A stretch of DNA of 64,000 nucleotides from a virus: IMG/VR virus record IMGVR_UViG_3300021962_000032. One strand, 5' to 3'. Positions 36,580 through 47,221 of this stretch are shown piece by piece (the stretch's first letter is position 1; every line of letters begins with the position of its first letter). The notes beneath the pieces are model-generated. The model saw nothing but the letters and a program-made list of their open reading frames with translations, did no database searches and was not told the DNA's origin. The position numbers and the translations under genes were made by a program.

Positions 36580-38130
36580 TTAATCTTCAATGAACGTAAT
36601 TCCAGAATCTACTCTGGTCAATTGAGAAGAAGAACTAATTGCCATTGCAAGTCGTACAGTTGGTGGTAATGCGATTCTTAAATCAGAAATATCAATAGTA
36701 ATTGGAGATCCAGAAGTTACACTAAACACAGCAATTGGTGTTCCCGTAAGTGTAGTATCCGTAACTGCATAAGATGACGCATTCCCAACTGACAGAAAAC
36801 TGGGAGTTGCTCCATTATAAGTTGGATTTATGTACAAATAAACTAAGCAAGGAGCAGATCCAGAAGAAACTGCACCACAAGTAATTTTTTTAGGTATAAT
36901 TTCTCTTGAATTGATCTTATTACTTGCTGCAAGATTTCCCTTAATTGTGAGCAGATGTGTAATAGTATTTGCAGATATATTTGTAGTTCTTGAACTATAT
37001 ACAGCAACTGGATAATCAATTGGTGAAATAAGTCCTTCAATAGCACCCAACATTGATGCTCCGCAAATAGTCACCCCTGCGCCAACATTTCCATTCAATT
37101 CAGCAGCAACATATCCAAGTTTTAATGATGGATTATCCAAATGAACATTATCATTTTGATTACTATAATGTTCATGGTGAATAAAAATCATATCTCCGTT
37201 AATTGGATTTTCCATAGCATAACGTATTTCACCAGCGCCCAACCAACGAAAATTAATTTGAAATACATTTAATTTTTGTGGATTGAGAGTAACTAAGGAT
37301 GGATTAGTAGTTCCGCCAACACCAGTCAAAGTATCAAGATTCCAATCTTCCTGATAAGTCCAATTTTCAGTTTGTATAACACCAACTTGAGCCGTTGATC
37401 CAGTTGATACAAGAGTCCCAGAACTTGTGATTGAAAATGATCCCGTTTTTGGTCCCAAACTATTGGCAAGAAATGTAATTATATTGTCTCTATAATCTGC
37501 TGTCCACCCAGAAAATGTACGGGATCCGATAGCAGCAGCATTTTCGGCAGTTGTCCCAGCACCAATACTAAAAGTAGTTGATAATCCAGCAAGAGTAACT
37601 GTTATTGTTTCAGTTCCACTCGATGCAGTATTAACAGTAAATTTATGAATGTGTGCCTTTCCACCATTTGCACGAAGGATTCCAAACTTTCCATTTGTAT
37701 TATACCCAACTTGAAGTGCCTGTTCTTGAGTAAAGAACCCTGCTCTTTGTGTATAACCAGTTCTTCCTTCATCAAATTTTGCGGTAAATCTTGCAAGAGC
37801 ACCTTGACCTGGACGATATCTTACAGATCTTTTAGAACGAACAACTCCATATCCATAAGCACCAGTTCCTGTTGATGCTTGAATTAAAATATTAGATGTG
37901 GTAATTCCAGTTCCAAAAGAATACGTTTCAATCTTATTTGGATCCAATCCATAAAGACCATCCAATTGAACAACTGGAGTTGGTGTAACCGTAAGTACTT
38001 CACCAAAAGCACTTCTAGAAGATGCACCATCATTTAAAATATTTCCGTATTGATCTGCACGAATATAAACCTCATGGATAGTCCTCTCTTGATTGAGGTA
38101 ATCCTGATTATTCTTATGCCACTGTGCCAT
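36580..38130 (-). CDS. Virion structural protein (fibre/baseplate-associated)
   Basis: AFGE, RYRPGQG and FRWLGAG motifs; Gly/Ser/Thr-rich. Confidence 0.7.
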   Translation of the reverse strand: MAQWHKNNQDYLNQERTIHEVYIRADQYGNILNDGASSRSAFGEVLTVTPTPVVQLDGLYGLDPNKIETYSFGTGITTSNILIQASTGTGAYGYGVVRSKRSVRYRPGQGALARFTAKFDEGRTGYTQRAGFFTQEQALQVGYNTNGKFGILRANGGKAHIHKFTVNTASSGTETITVTLAGLSTTFSIGAGTTAENAAAIGSRTFSGWTADYRDNIITFLANSLGPKTGSFSITSSGTLVSTGSTAQVGVIQTENWTYQEDWNLDTLTGVGGTTNPSLVTLNPQKLNVFQINFRWLGAGEIRYAMENPINGDMIFIHHEHYSNQNDNVHLDNPSLKLGYVAAELNGNVGAGVTICGASMLGAIEGLISPIDYPVAVYSSRTTNISANTITHLLTIKGNLAASNKINSREIIPKKITCGAVSSGSAPCLVYLYINPTYNGATPSFLSVGNASSYAVTDTTLTGTPIAVFSVTSGSPITIDISDLRIALPPTVRLAMAISSSSQLTRVDSGITFIED

Positions 38131-38133
38131 AAC

Positions 38134-38451
38134 TTATAACCACTCTAATTTTCCTGGATGATATCTCTTGGTACTTGAAATGTTTACGTCTGTTTTTTGA
38201 ATTGCTGGATAAATCTGATGAACAATTGCTCCAGGATATTCGGTCTGTAATCTTTCTGCCAAATCCAATTTAGATGGCATTCCATTTGACACCAACTCTA
38301 ATCTATAAATGCTTCCTTCCCAAACAAAGTCAGCAACGTATTCTTCACCAACAGATCTTGTTTCAGGTTCAGAATTGTTGATATAGAGATTTCCATTAAA
38401 ATCTCCAGCAATATTTACAGCTTCAGAAATAAATTGCTGATAGGATTTCAT
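38134..38451 (-). CDS. Hypothetical protein with capsid-targeting-like N-terminus
   Basis: Begins MKSYQQFISEA. Confidence 0.7.
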   Translation of the reverse strand: MKSYQQFISEAVNIAGDFNGNLYINNSEPETRSVGEEYVADFVWEGSIYRLELVSNGMPSKLDLAERLQTEYPGAIVHQIYPAIQKTDVNISSTKRYHPGKLEWL

Positions 38452-39038
38452 TTGTTATCTGCCTTCTTTGCTTTGTACTTATTTATGAAATTTCTAATAT
38501 TCTTTACACCAACCAATCCCATTACATATTCTCTATATAAATCCGTTCCAACTAATCTTTGATCTGCAGGAACACCAGAAACTTTAGTCCACTCTACAAC
38601 ATCATGAATCCAAGGTTTGAACATTCGATCATCTTCCGTGACGCAAATTAAATAATTTGTACCTCTACGAATAATTTTTCCAATCATTCCATTTGATGTA
38701 CTTTCAATCCAATCACCTTCCAAAAATATTTCCTTTGCAATATATCTTTCTCTTATTTCTTTAATATAGGATTCAGTTTTAAGAGGATTATTTGGTTTAT
38801 GGTCAGAAGCAACATCATTAGGATTACGAGTTCCTCGTACTTGTTTTGGATCCTTCTTTCCTAATTGCTGCCCCTGATTATAAAACTTTAAATTTCCACC
38901 GTTTGTTTTTGCTACAAATTCTCCAGATTTTTTTCCATACCACCCACCATGTCCATCACCTACTAAATCCAATCGCTTTGCGTGGAATTTTGCAAGTGAG
39001 AACTTTGCTTCTGTTTGAAAATTAGAGAATTTTTTCAT
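38448..39038 (-). CDS. Homolog of the cyanophage 'cytidyltransferase' protein lacking the catalytic domain
   Basis: GDGHGGWY..EFVAKT N-part joined to the GKIIRRGTNYLICVTED C-part; no HIGH-type motif. Confidence 0.6.
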   Translation of the reverse strand: MKKFSNFQTEAKFSLAKFHAKRLDLVGDGHGGWYGKKSGEFVAKTNGGNLKFYNQGQQLGKKDPKQVRGTRNPNDVASDHKPNNPLKTESYIKEIRERYIAKEIFLEGDWIESTSNGMIGKIIRRGTNYLICVTEDDRMFKPWIHDVVEWTKVSGVPADQRLVGTDLYREYVMGLVGVKNIRNFINKYKAKKADNK

Positions 39039-39566
39039 TTATACTTTTAACAATAACTTAGTGTTTATGGACAAAACAATATCTAATTCATCCCTATCTA
39101 TTTTATAGAAATTACTTAGGACTCTGCCATCCTTTCCATTGTATTGTCGTATCATTCCAAGATGATGATTATAACCAAAAAATCTTCCTTTTTCTAATCT
39201 TGTAATTGTAGAAACAGGATGCATATCATAAATTAAATTTGGTGTCTTTGCAACATATATGAAAGTAAACGTGTCTCCAGGTTGAGGATAACCATACTTC
39301 CTATCATCCAAAATATCAATCAATTTATACATGTTATTTTGTGGTGTTTCTAAAGAAGAGTTTTTTTGAAGTTCTATCAACCTTTCCATAATATTGGAAG
39401 GTTGAGGATTATCTTCTTCAGAATCTATTTCACCAATAAATTCATTTATGCTTTTTTCAATATCCGTCGTTCTTGTATCACCTATATCATAAGAATCATC
39501 AGATTCATCAAACCAAGGATCTTCAATTATTTGTGAATCGAACCAAGGATCTTGGAAAATTGGCAT
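39039..39566 (-). CDS. Hypothetical protein, C-half resembles T4 gp2 DNA end protector
   Basis: PGDTFTFIYVAKTP..IYDMHPV..FFGYNHH; N-terminal DPWFD repeated twice. Confidence 0.5.
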   Translation of the reverse strand: MPIFQDPWFDSQIIEDPWFDESDDSYDIGDTRTTDIEKSINEFIGEIDSEEDNPQPSNIMERLIELQKNSSLETPQNNMYKLIDILDDRKYGYPQPGDTFTFIYVAKTPNLIYDMHPVSTITRLEKGRFFGYNHHLGMIRQYNGKDGRVLSNFYKIDRDELDIVLSINTKLLLKV

Positions 39567-39618
39567 AAAACAAAAACCCTTTCTATTATTTAGAAAGGGT
39601 TAAATGTGAATATATTAT

Positions 39619-40134
39619 TTATAGATCACCTTCTTTGCGATTTTCGGAGTAATGAACATCAAACTCACCGCCAGGATAACGTGCTTTGAGTTTATCAACA
39701 TTCATTTCCATAAGTTCATCAAAGTTAGTGTCGAGTGCCATACATGCTTGAGCAACATACCAAAGAATATCACCAAGTTCACGTTTCAGATGAAACACAT
39801 TATCTCCACTGTATGGCTTTCCTTGGAAAACCATCTTCTTAACAACCTCAGTGAACTCTCCTGCTTCAGCACTCATACCAAGAGAAGCAGTGAGTAGCTT
39901 TGGAACATTTGCATCTTGGACTTCAAGTTCAGTAAGTCGTTTAAGAAGAGTCGCAAAGTCAGTGCTTTCTGCGCTTGTTACAGCATCAACAAATTCAATA
40001 TATCGTTTTTGATCTACTTTTTGCTCAGTCATGGTAAATTTTACGGATTGATCTGATTGTACTTCTTTTGTGATCGTGATATTGGGTTCTGATGGTCGGC
40101 CACCTTGATTAAGTGCTTGTACATTCATTGGCAT
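39619..40134 (-). CDS. mazG: MazG nucleoside triphosphate pyrophosphohydrolase
   Basis: GMSAEAGEFTEVVKK, RELGDILWY and KLKARYP motifs; alternative start at 40032. Confidence 0.93.
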   Translation of the reverse strand: MPMNVQALNQGGRPSEPNITITKEVQSDQSVKFTMTEQKVDQKRYIEFVDAVTSAESTDFATLLKRLTELEVQDANVPKLLTASLGMSAEAGEFTEVVKKMVFQGKPYSGDNVFHLKRELGDILWYVAQACMALDTNFDELMEMNVDKLKARYPGGEFDVHYSENRKEGDL

Positions 40135-40136
40135 AG

Positions 40137-40466
40137 TTATTCTCCTTTAAATTCTTTTAGATCACTTTGATTTAATTTTTTAATTTTATCAATTATCCAT
40201 TCCTCTTGATGTTTTTTAAAAGATTCGGTTTCAATCGGAATATGAACAACTTCATTTGTAGGAAGTTGTTTTGGAATTTCAATATCAACCACTTGACCCA
40301 TTAGAAAATTATTTTTAGTAATAGTTCTATTACTGGGATCAAAAGATACCATCATAAGAGCATCTTCATGTTCTGCACAATCGCAAATTTTTCTTCCAGT
40401 TTTAATTTCAATAACTGAAAAATAATCTTCAGTTTTATATTTTTTACTCAAAACTAAATCCTCCAA
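40137..40466 (-). CDS. Hypothetical protein
   Basis: 109-aa ORF tiling between g41 and mazG. Confidence 0.7.
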   Translation of the reverse strand: MEDLVLSKKYKTEDYFSVIEIKTGRKICDCAEHEDALMMVSFDPSNRTITKNNFLMGQVVDIEIPKQLPTNEVVHIPIETESFKKHQEEWIIDKIKKLNQSDLKEFKGE

Positions 40467-41829
40467 ATTTGCTTTTCATTGCCGAAATTGTTTTTTCTTT
40501 GTATTCATATTCTTCGTCATGCCCAGCATCATGAATTTCATTTTGGGCAGATTGTTCTACATCATACAACCTCATTTTAGATCTGTCAATTCCAACCATA
40601 AATTTTTTATACCAACCTTTATCATTGTCTCGGTTTTTAAGTTGTTTGACTGTTATCTGTCCCAACTGCTCCAACTCATCACTACTAATAAGAGCAAACA
40701 TAAGGTCAGCAGTAGCAGGCAATCCAAAGGATTCAGAAGTATCGGTAAGTTCAGGATCAGAGTTACCATAACCAGAACGAGTAGTTTGAGTAGCAGATAC
40801 GACTGGCACACAAAACTCACAGGCAAGTCCTCTTATTTCTTCTGCAATTGCCTTAACAAGTGTATACGTATTGACATTACTTCCCGCTTTATATCGAGAG
40901 GAGGCACAAATATTAAGGTAATCGATGAAAATAATATCAGGATGAAATGATTTTTTAAGTTCTAAATCATTAAGAAGAGATCTAAAATGTCCCGCATGTG
41001 CAGAGGCAGTTGGATACTCTTTAATTATGAGTGTTCCTTGCGTTTTTTTTGCTAAACTATTTACTTTATTTTCAAATACTTTTTTTGGCAAATCTTTTAA
41101 ATCTTGAAGTGCAACATTTAAAAGATTTGCGTCAATTCGTTCAGCAATTTTCTCTTCTGCCATTTCCATTGTAATGTAGAGAACGTTCCTCCCTTGGAGC
41201 AGCACGGAGCTAGCAAAATGGCACATGAATAAAGATTTGCCGACGCCTGTACCAGCAAGTGCGACAGTAAGAGTTTTTGGAGATAAACCACCTTTGGTAA
41301 TTTTATTAAAATATTCAAGATCAAATGGAATTTTCTCTTCTTTTCTATGGTGGAATTCATAACGTTGTTCGTAATCTTCTAAGTAATCATGTCCAATGTG
41401 GTTATCAAAACTGACTGCCAATGCATCTTGAACAATTGATGGAATAGAATCTCTTTTTTTACCTCCTTCGGATTCATAAAGAGTTACCGTTTCCATAATT
41501 GCCAAATACAAGGCACGATCTTTACACCACTTTTCTGAGGTATCAACTAGCCATTCAAAGTCAACTGAAATATCTTCAAGTGTATTAATTAAGTGAATAA
41601 CGGAATTAAATTGATCTTGATTTAGTTCATTCTTTGTTTCTATCTCTACACAAAGAACTTCTCTTGTTGGCAAAGAATTGTATTCATCTACGAAAGATTT
41701 AATTGTGGAAAAAACAATTTTTTGAGATTCATCTTGAAAATATTCTTCCTTTATAAAAGGTATTACTTTTCTTAAAAATTCTTCATTGAAAAGCAAATTT
41801 CTTAAAATTAAGTACTCAATTTTTTCCAT
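40444..41829 (-). CDS. 41: Replicative DNA helicase (T4 gp41-like)
   Basis: LAGTGVGKS, ITMEM, IFIDYL, SATQ, SESFGLPATAD and QLKNR motifs. Confidence 0.96.
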   Translation of the reverse strand: MEKIEYLILRNLLFNEEFLRKVIPFIKEEYFQDESQKIVFSTIKSFVDEYNSLPTREVLCVEIETKNELNQDQFNSVIHLINTLEDISVDFEWLVDTSEKWCKDRALYLAIMETVTLYESEGGKKRDSIPSIVQDALAVSFDNHIGHDYLEDYEQRYEFHHRKEEKIPFDLEYFNKITKGGLSPKTLTVALAGTGVGKSLFMCHFASSVLLQGRNVLYITMEMAEEKIAERIDANLLNVALQDLKDLPKKVFENKVNSLAKKTQGTLIIKEYPTASAHAGHFRSLLNDLELKKSFHPDIIFIDYLNICASSRYKAGSNVNTYTLVKAIAEEIRGLACEFCVPVVSATQTTRSGYGNSDPELTDTSESFGLPATADLMFALISSDELEQLGQITVKQLKNRDNDKGWYKKFMVGIDRSKMRLYDVEQSAQNEIHDAGHDEEYEYKEKTISAMKSKFGGFSFE

Positions 41830-42377
41830 CAATAATAATGCAAATAGGTTGACATAATGTATTTTTTACCTGACGTAACTTGTTTCCCAATATGAGGGTA
41901 TTGCCAAGTAGGGGGGAATATGATTAAAGACCCCGTTTTTGGTTTGATTGCAAATTTTTGCTCAGGAAAAATTGTTTCTCCTCCAGAAAAATCTTCATTT
42001 AAATAATATAAAAATGAAAGGAATCTGATGGAAGAATTTTTATCTGTCACATCAACATGCAGATCAAATCGGTCTTTCCATTCAGAATTATAGCACTTGA
42101 TTCTGAATTCTTCAAGGCAAATTTTTGGAGGAAAGTATTTTGCAAATTGACTATATTGTTTTTTATATTGATTTAAATGATTTAAAACTGTTCCCGATAA
42201 TGGAGGCACCAAATTACTAATTTGTTTGTTTATATTTAATTGCGTAAAATTTGGTGCTCCTTCATTAACGATTCTTTCCGAATGGATATAATTAGATTCA
42301 AATAATTCAATTATTTTTTTGCAAGTATTGGTTGAAATTGCATCATCTATCTTAAGAATAAAATCTTTAGCTTCCAT
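41829..42377 (-). CDS. 2OG-Fe(II) oxygenase
   Basis: [24 protein letters not shown] and KYI motifs. Confidence 0.88.
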   Translation of the reverse strand: MEAKDFILKIDDAISTNTCKKIIELFESNYIHSERIVNEGAPNFTQLNINKQISNLVPPLSGTVLNHLNQYKKQYSQFAKYFPPKICLEEFRIKCYNSEWKDRFDLHVDVTDKNSSIRFLSFLYYLNEDFSGGETIFPEQKFAIKPKTGSLIIFPPTWQYPHIGKQVTSGKKYIMSTYLHYY

Positions 42378-43371
42378 AAGAAAACTCTTTTTGTGCAATC
42401 TCATCTAAAGCTTGCATTACTTCAGCAGTAAAATATTCTTCAGGATTTGCAAGAATCTGTTTTGCATAGATCTTCTTACCATCCATTTCATAACGACCCG
42501 CTACATTCTTCCAGAGTCCACCAAGTTCACCAAGTTCCAGAAGACCATAGTAACGATCAAGGCCGCGCTCATCATAATACAGACGGACTTCAACATCTTG
42601 ATTCTCCTTGCTTAAACGCGATTTATGAGTCTTTGCCTTGATAATGTTTCCGATGACTTCAGTTCCGTCCTTTTCCTTTTTCTTGCTGAGATAGATGATA
42701 GTAGAAGCGGCGTACTTAAGACCACTACCACCACCCATTTCTTTTGTAGGAACATATGCGCCAATAACATCATAAGTGTGATTAGTAACTAACATGGGGA
42801 TTTTTGCTTGACCCAGTTTAAGAGTCAGCATACGGAAAGCACCTTTAATCAGTTGAGATTTGGTCATGTCCCGAACTTCTTTATCGTTCAGAGCATCATT
42901 AATCTCTTTGCTTGTAGAGAGCATCCCCAAAGAGTCTAGCACAAACATACAAGGACTGCGTTCTCCTTCAGGTTTCTTCATATACATATCAACTGCTTTC
43001 AATGCTTTTCCACGAAACTCCTCAACAGTTACGACATTGACAACCACCAAACGAGTTGTGTCAACTCCCCTACTTTCCAGAAGGGATTTTGTGATTGCTG
43101 CTTCAGTATCAAAATACAGACAATATCCATCAGGATTATTATCAAGGAAATTTTTAACGACGGCGAGAGAGAAGAAAGTTTTGCCGGTAGAACTTTCGCC
43201 TGCGATTGCAGTAATCTTATTCCCAGATACACCACCAAATATGCTGCCGGATACAAGAGCATTGAAAATGTACGAACCAGTATCCACAAAGGTTTCAGTT
43301 TCATTAATCTCTGAAGCAAGTTGGGTGTATTCTCCACCAATTTCTTTTACAATATCTTTAAGAAAGTCCAT
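42367..43371 (-). CDS. uvsX: RecA-like recombinase UvsX
   Basis: [18 protein letters not shown] and MGGGSG motifs. Confidence 0.96.
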   Translation of the reverse strand: MDFLKDIVKEIGGEYTQLASEINETETFVDTGSYIFNALVSGSIFGGVSGNKITAIAGESSTGKTFFSLAVVKNFLDNNPDGYCLYFDTEAAITKSLLESRGVDTTRLVVVNVVTVEEFRGKALKAVDMYMKKPEGERSPCMFVLDSLGMLSTSKEINDALNDKEVRDMTKSQLIKGAFRMLTLKLGQAKIPMLVTNHTYDVIGAYVPTKEMGGGSGLKYAASTIIYLSKKKEKDGTEVIGNIIKAKTHKSRLSKENQDVEVRLYYDERGLDRYYGLLELGELGGLWKNVAGRYEMDGKKIYAKQILANPEEYFTAEVMQALDEIAQKEFSYGS

Positions 43372-43396
43372 ATTTCAAATTAAGTTAAGTTTGCAT

Positions 43397-45895
43397 TTAA
43401 ATATCAAAGGATATTCTTTTTTCGTGTTCCCATCCAATAGCATTCAAAATAATTTTAAGAGGTTCAAGGAATCCCTTTTCAAATTGAAGATCATAATCTA
43501 TAAATTTATTCAATCCCAATTCTTTAGGAAAATCTTGAATGAAAGAAATCACATTTTCATAAATTGGATTGGGTAATTTAAGATAGCAGTATTTAATTTT
43601 TTCACCATTTTGAATTGCTGAGTATTTATTTGTTAGATTATTTTTTTTGATATAATGATTGAAAAGAAGTGCTCCTCTTACATGAATTGGACATCCCTTT
43701 CCAGTATTTTTCAAATAAATTGTTGATGATGATCTCCATTTAACGACATCAGTTACGGATTTTGGAAATGAAATCTCTTCTGGTGAATACTTCCTAAATT
43801 CAGATCTGGACTTATCAATGAATTTAATAATATCATCTTCAGTGCCACTCATCATAAGTTTCAAAGCATCCTTAATCATCTTCCTACAAGGTGCAGGAGT
43901 AGAAGATTTGATCGCTTCAATTCCCTTGATTTTAAGTTTAGGTTCTTCATATTGAACACCTTCACTATTCCAAACACTTAGAATGTATCTCTTTTTGGCA
44001 GTCCATATTCCACGTTCAGAAATACATTCACGTTTCATGATCATTTTTTGATCATAAGCATTTACGTAGTCAGCCAATTCTTGGTAAGAACTTTCAATAT
44101 ATTTTTCAAATTCCACCTTACACACCTTATCAAGGAACGAAACAACGTCTTGAGTAATTTTCTCTCTTCCCTTGAATATACTTTCAACCAAAGGACCCAT
44201 ATTAATATACAAAGAGTCAGTATCAGAAGCAATAACATAATCAACCTCGTTTGTTTTGAGAACTTTATTTAAATAAGAATTCATCTTATTCATAATCCAC
44301 TGAATCGAGACCTGTCCAGACAGTGTGATTGCCTCAGCATTTGCCAGCTTGAAATAACGGAAATACTGATTACCAATGGCACCATAAGCAGAGTTGAGTT
44401 GAATCTTACGTGCCATCTGGATGTTATTGCATCGAGCAACTTCTTTCAGTAACTCTTTCTTCTTTGTTTTTTCATACTCTTGCTCTGCAATAAGCATCTT
44501 CTTCTTGAAGATCACACGTTCATTGTAGATCTTCTCCATCAGTTCGGGAAGGAATCCACGAACATCTTTACGATACATTGCTCCATTAGGACACACCGCA
44601 TAATTTTGATACTTTCCAAAGTCAAGATCTTGATTTAAGATCCTCTCAACATTTGCAGTTGGATGTCTTTCTTCCAAGAGGGTTTCTGGGGAGATGTTGT
44701 ATTGCATAATGAGGTGAGGGTAAAGGCTATTAAGGTCAAAGCTGACCACCCAATCATACACCCCAGGAATCGGTTCTTTGACATAAGCACCCGCATATTT
44801 TTCATCCTTAGAGACATTTTCCTTTGGAGGAATCACGATGTTTCGTTTCTTCAAATAGTTATAAATGATGCTATCCCACATGCGAACTTGATAGAAAACA
44901 TCGACAAAGTTTACCTTTGCGTCAAATGCCATCGTTACAGCAAGTTCAATGAGTTTCATCTTGTCTTCCAAACGGTCAACAAGTTCTACGTCCTTGATGT
45001 TATATTCTACAAACTTTTGCCATCCCTGAGTATAAAACTCCTTGAAAGTATCAAACTCCGAGTGATCAAGTTTCTTTTGCCCAAGTTCTACTTGAGCAAT
45101 GTAATCAAGACGGTAAGATTCCTGTGCAGAATAAGTAAACTTTTTATAGAGTGCAAGGTAGTCCAACTGAGTCAGACCGCCAACATCATAAGTAATCTGC
45201 TCTCTATTATTTGCAAAAACTTTGTTTTCACTTACAAGTCCCCAAGGTGAAAAACTTTTCATTCGTTTCTCACCAAGGACCCTTGCAAGTCGTCCACAAA
45301 TATATGGAATATCATAAAACTCAATATTCCATCCAGTGACTACTTCTGGAATATTATTTTCCCAGTAATAAAGAAATTTGACCAGAAGATCATGCTCACT
45401 ATCACATTGAATATATTTTACATTATTCTGCTTATTATTAAATGGACCATTTCCCCAAGTAATAATTTCCTTAGTAGTATAATCTTGAATCGTAATTAGA
45501 AGAATTTCTTCGATACAATCTTTTGGATCGGGGAATCCATTCTCTGAAGCAACCTCAATATCAATAGTGTAAAGTTTAATTTTACCAATATCAAACTTTA
45601 TTTCATCCTCTGGATACTTATCGGAAATATATTGGTAGATATACCGATCATTTCCATAAATTTTAAAATTGTCTACATCATCATATTTTTTATAAAATTC
45701 CCTACAATCTTTTACGGATCCAGGTTTAATCTCCTGGACATATTCGCCCTCAAGAGTTTTATGCTTTGTTTTTTTATTTGATTTTATAAAAAGAGTTGGA
45801 GAATACTCTTCTTTAAACATTACTTGTTTTCCATTTTCATAACCACGAACGAGAAATTGATTCCCGATCATTTGCACATTGGTATAAAATCTCAT
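43397..45895 (-). CDS. 43: Family B DNA polymerase (T4 gp43-like)
   Basis: DIE exonuclease motif, SFDLNSLYP, KIQLNSAYG, SDTDS and KKRY; no intein seen. Confidence 0.98.
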   Translation of the reverse strand: MRFYTNVQMIGNQFLVRGYENGKQVMFKEEYSPTLFIKSNKKTKHKTLEGEYVQEIKPGSVKDCREFYKKYDDVDNFKIYGNDRYIYQYISDKYPEDEIKFDIGKIKLYTIDIEVASENGFPDPKDCIEEILLITIQDYTTKEIITWGNGPFNNKQNNVKYIQCDSEHDLLVKFLYYWENNIPEVVTGWNIEFYDIPYICGRLARVLGEKRMKSFSPWGLVSENKVFANNREQITYDVGGLTQLDYLALYKKFTYSAQESYRLDYIAQVELGQKKLDHSEFDTFKEFYTQGWQKFVEYNIKDVELVDRLEDKMKLIELAVTMAFDAKVNFVDVFYQVRMWDSIIYNYLKKRNIVIPPKENVSKDEKYAGAYVKEPIPGVYDWVVSFDLNSLYPHLIMQYNISPETLLEERHPTANVERILNQDLDFGKYQNYAVCPNGAMYRKDVRGFLPELMEKIYNERVIFKKKMLIAEQEYEKTKKKELLKEVARCNNIQMARKIQLNSAYGAIGNQYFRYFKLANAEAITLSGQVSIQWIMNKMNSYLNKVLKTNEVDYVIASDTDSLYINMGPLVESIFKGREKITQDVVSFLDKVCKVEFEKYIESSYQELADYVNAYDQKMIMKRECISERGIWTAKKRYILSVWNSEGVQYEEPKLKIKGIEAIKSSTPAPCRKMIKDALKLMMSGTEDDIIKFIDKSRSEFRKYSPEEISFPKSVTDVVKWRSSSTIYLKNTGKGCPIHVRGALLFNHYIKKNNLTNKYSAIQNGEKIKYCYLKLPNPIYENVISFIQDFPKELGLNKFIDYDLQFEKGFLEPLKIILNAIGWEHEKRISFDI

Positions 45896-46179
45896 TTAGT
45901 AAGTTCTTCGTATTTTTCCAGTAATGTTGCTCTTGGTTTAAAAAGAGTAAGAATTTTATCAGAATGAATATCAAAATAAGATACACCCGGAGGAGTATAA
46001 TTATCTAACCAAGATGACATTTCCATATTGGTTTGATCAACCAAATATGGATTGACTAATCGACAATCTGGTTCCCCAAGTTCTGATGAAATCTGCTCAA
46101 CTTCAGATATCAGAAGTTGATTGTTCATCAACATTAACATCATTATCATTTTGAGATTCTGTTCCGTCTGTTGTTCCAT
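45892..46179 (-). CDS. Conserved hypothetical protein upstream of g43
   Basis: ELGEPDCRLVNPY and HSDKILT motifs. Confidence 0.75.
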   Translation of the reverse strand: MEQQTEQNLKMIMMLMLMNNQLLISEVEQISSELGEPDCRLVNPYLVDQTNMEMSSWLDNYTPPGVSYFDIHSDKILTLFKPRATLLEKYEELTK

Positions 46180-46498
46180 TTCCTAATACCTGTTTATTAT
46201 ACATTTCTTCCAATTCTGGAGTCGGATTAACAAAGGTTACAACCCAATCCGAAGGAATTTCTACTTCTTCATCTTTAGACAAAGAAGGCCAAGGATATAA
46301 AGATACACTTAATTGATTAACTTTATTAAGTAATTCAGTATCTCCTTCTTTAATCTGAAATTCACCATTTATAACCACAGAACATGGTCTATTGAATTGA
46401 TACTTGACGAGTGTTTCTCCTGCAAATAATCCCATTGCATCGGTAATTAGTTGCTCACCACTCTTTAAAATTGCAATTTTAACTGCCATAAATTTCAT
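46103..46498 (-). CDS. Conserved hypothetical protein (Sm-like fold candidate)
   Basis: VKIAILKSGEQLI, PWPSLSKD and IPSDWVVT motifs. Confidence 0.75.
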   Translation of the reverse strand: MKFMAVKIAILKSGEQLITDAMGLFAGETLVKYQFNRPCSVVINGEFQIKEGDTELLNKVNQLSVSLYPWPSLSKDEEVEIPSDWVVTFVNPTPELEEMYNKQVLGNGTTDGTESQNDNDVNVDEQSTSDI

Positions 46499-46510
46499 GC
46501 TCCTAACGAT

Positions 46511-46539
46511 ATTATATCAAGAAAAAAGAGGGGTGTCAA
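46511..46539 (-). promoter_or_regulatory. Consensus sigma70 promoter for the g43 operon, embedded in a terminator hairpin
   Basis: TTGACA-N17-TATAAT. Confidence 0.8.
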
Positions 46540-46600
46540 CTGGATTTTGCCAGTGTCCCCTCGGCCGACGATATTTGGGTAATCCCCAAATTTATTTATA

Positions 46601-47191
46601 CTAGTAGTTTAATTTTTCAAAAGCCCAATCATATGGATGGAGAGCTTGAACTTGAGTATACCTCATTCCATGAAGCATATTTCTTATAGGATCACCATAG
46701 TATTCTAAATGTATAAATTCAAATTCTATTCTTTTTATATCATATTTTTTCCAATCAAAAGTCAACATGACTTCACCATCCATCCCCTCAACATCAAGAT
46801 ATAACCAATCCAAATAATTTATTTTATGTTCCATCAATAAATTATCAAGTGTAATACACGGAGATTTAAAAGAATTTATCTCAGTATCACAACCAGGACA
46901 ATGCATATGTTTGTACAAATGCTCAATCTTAGATGATGCCTTTTCATAGGAGGAAATAGAATCTCCTTCAAAATAGAAGATTTCCATTTCCTCTTCTTTT
47001 TGAAGGGGAGTTTTTATAGCTCTCTGATCAAAAATGCAATTTTCGTACCTACTATAACATTCCTTTAAAGAATCTATAAGTAGGGGATTTGGTTCTACAA
47101 AAATTCCCAAGTCAATTTGTTCATAATTTGATAGCAAATAATTCGATAGATCATCGTAACCTTTATTTGCACCAACTTGCACTATTCTCAT
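46601..47191 (-). CDS. FkbM-family methyltransferase
   Basis: VQVGANKG, FVEPNP and LYLDVEGMD motifs; late promoter at 47219-47226. Confidence 0.82.
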   Translation of the reverse strand: MRIVQVGANKGYDDLSNYLLSNYEQIDLGIFVEPNPLLIDSLKECYSRYENCIFDQRAIKTPLQKEEEMEIFYFEGDSISSYEKASSKIEHLYKHMHCPGCDTEINSFKSPCITLDNLLMEHKINYLDWLYLDVEGMDGEVMLTFDWKKYDIKRIEFEFIHLEYYGDPIRNMLHGMRYTQVQALHPYDWAFEKLNY

Positions 47192-47221
47192 TTTTATTAA
47201 TAAAAAATAATTACCCTTTAT

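Noticed and set aside
26867-45895. Inteins or introns in nrdA, nrdB, g41, uvsX and g43
   Set aside because: All are continuous and of ordinary length, with no splice motifs seen
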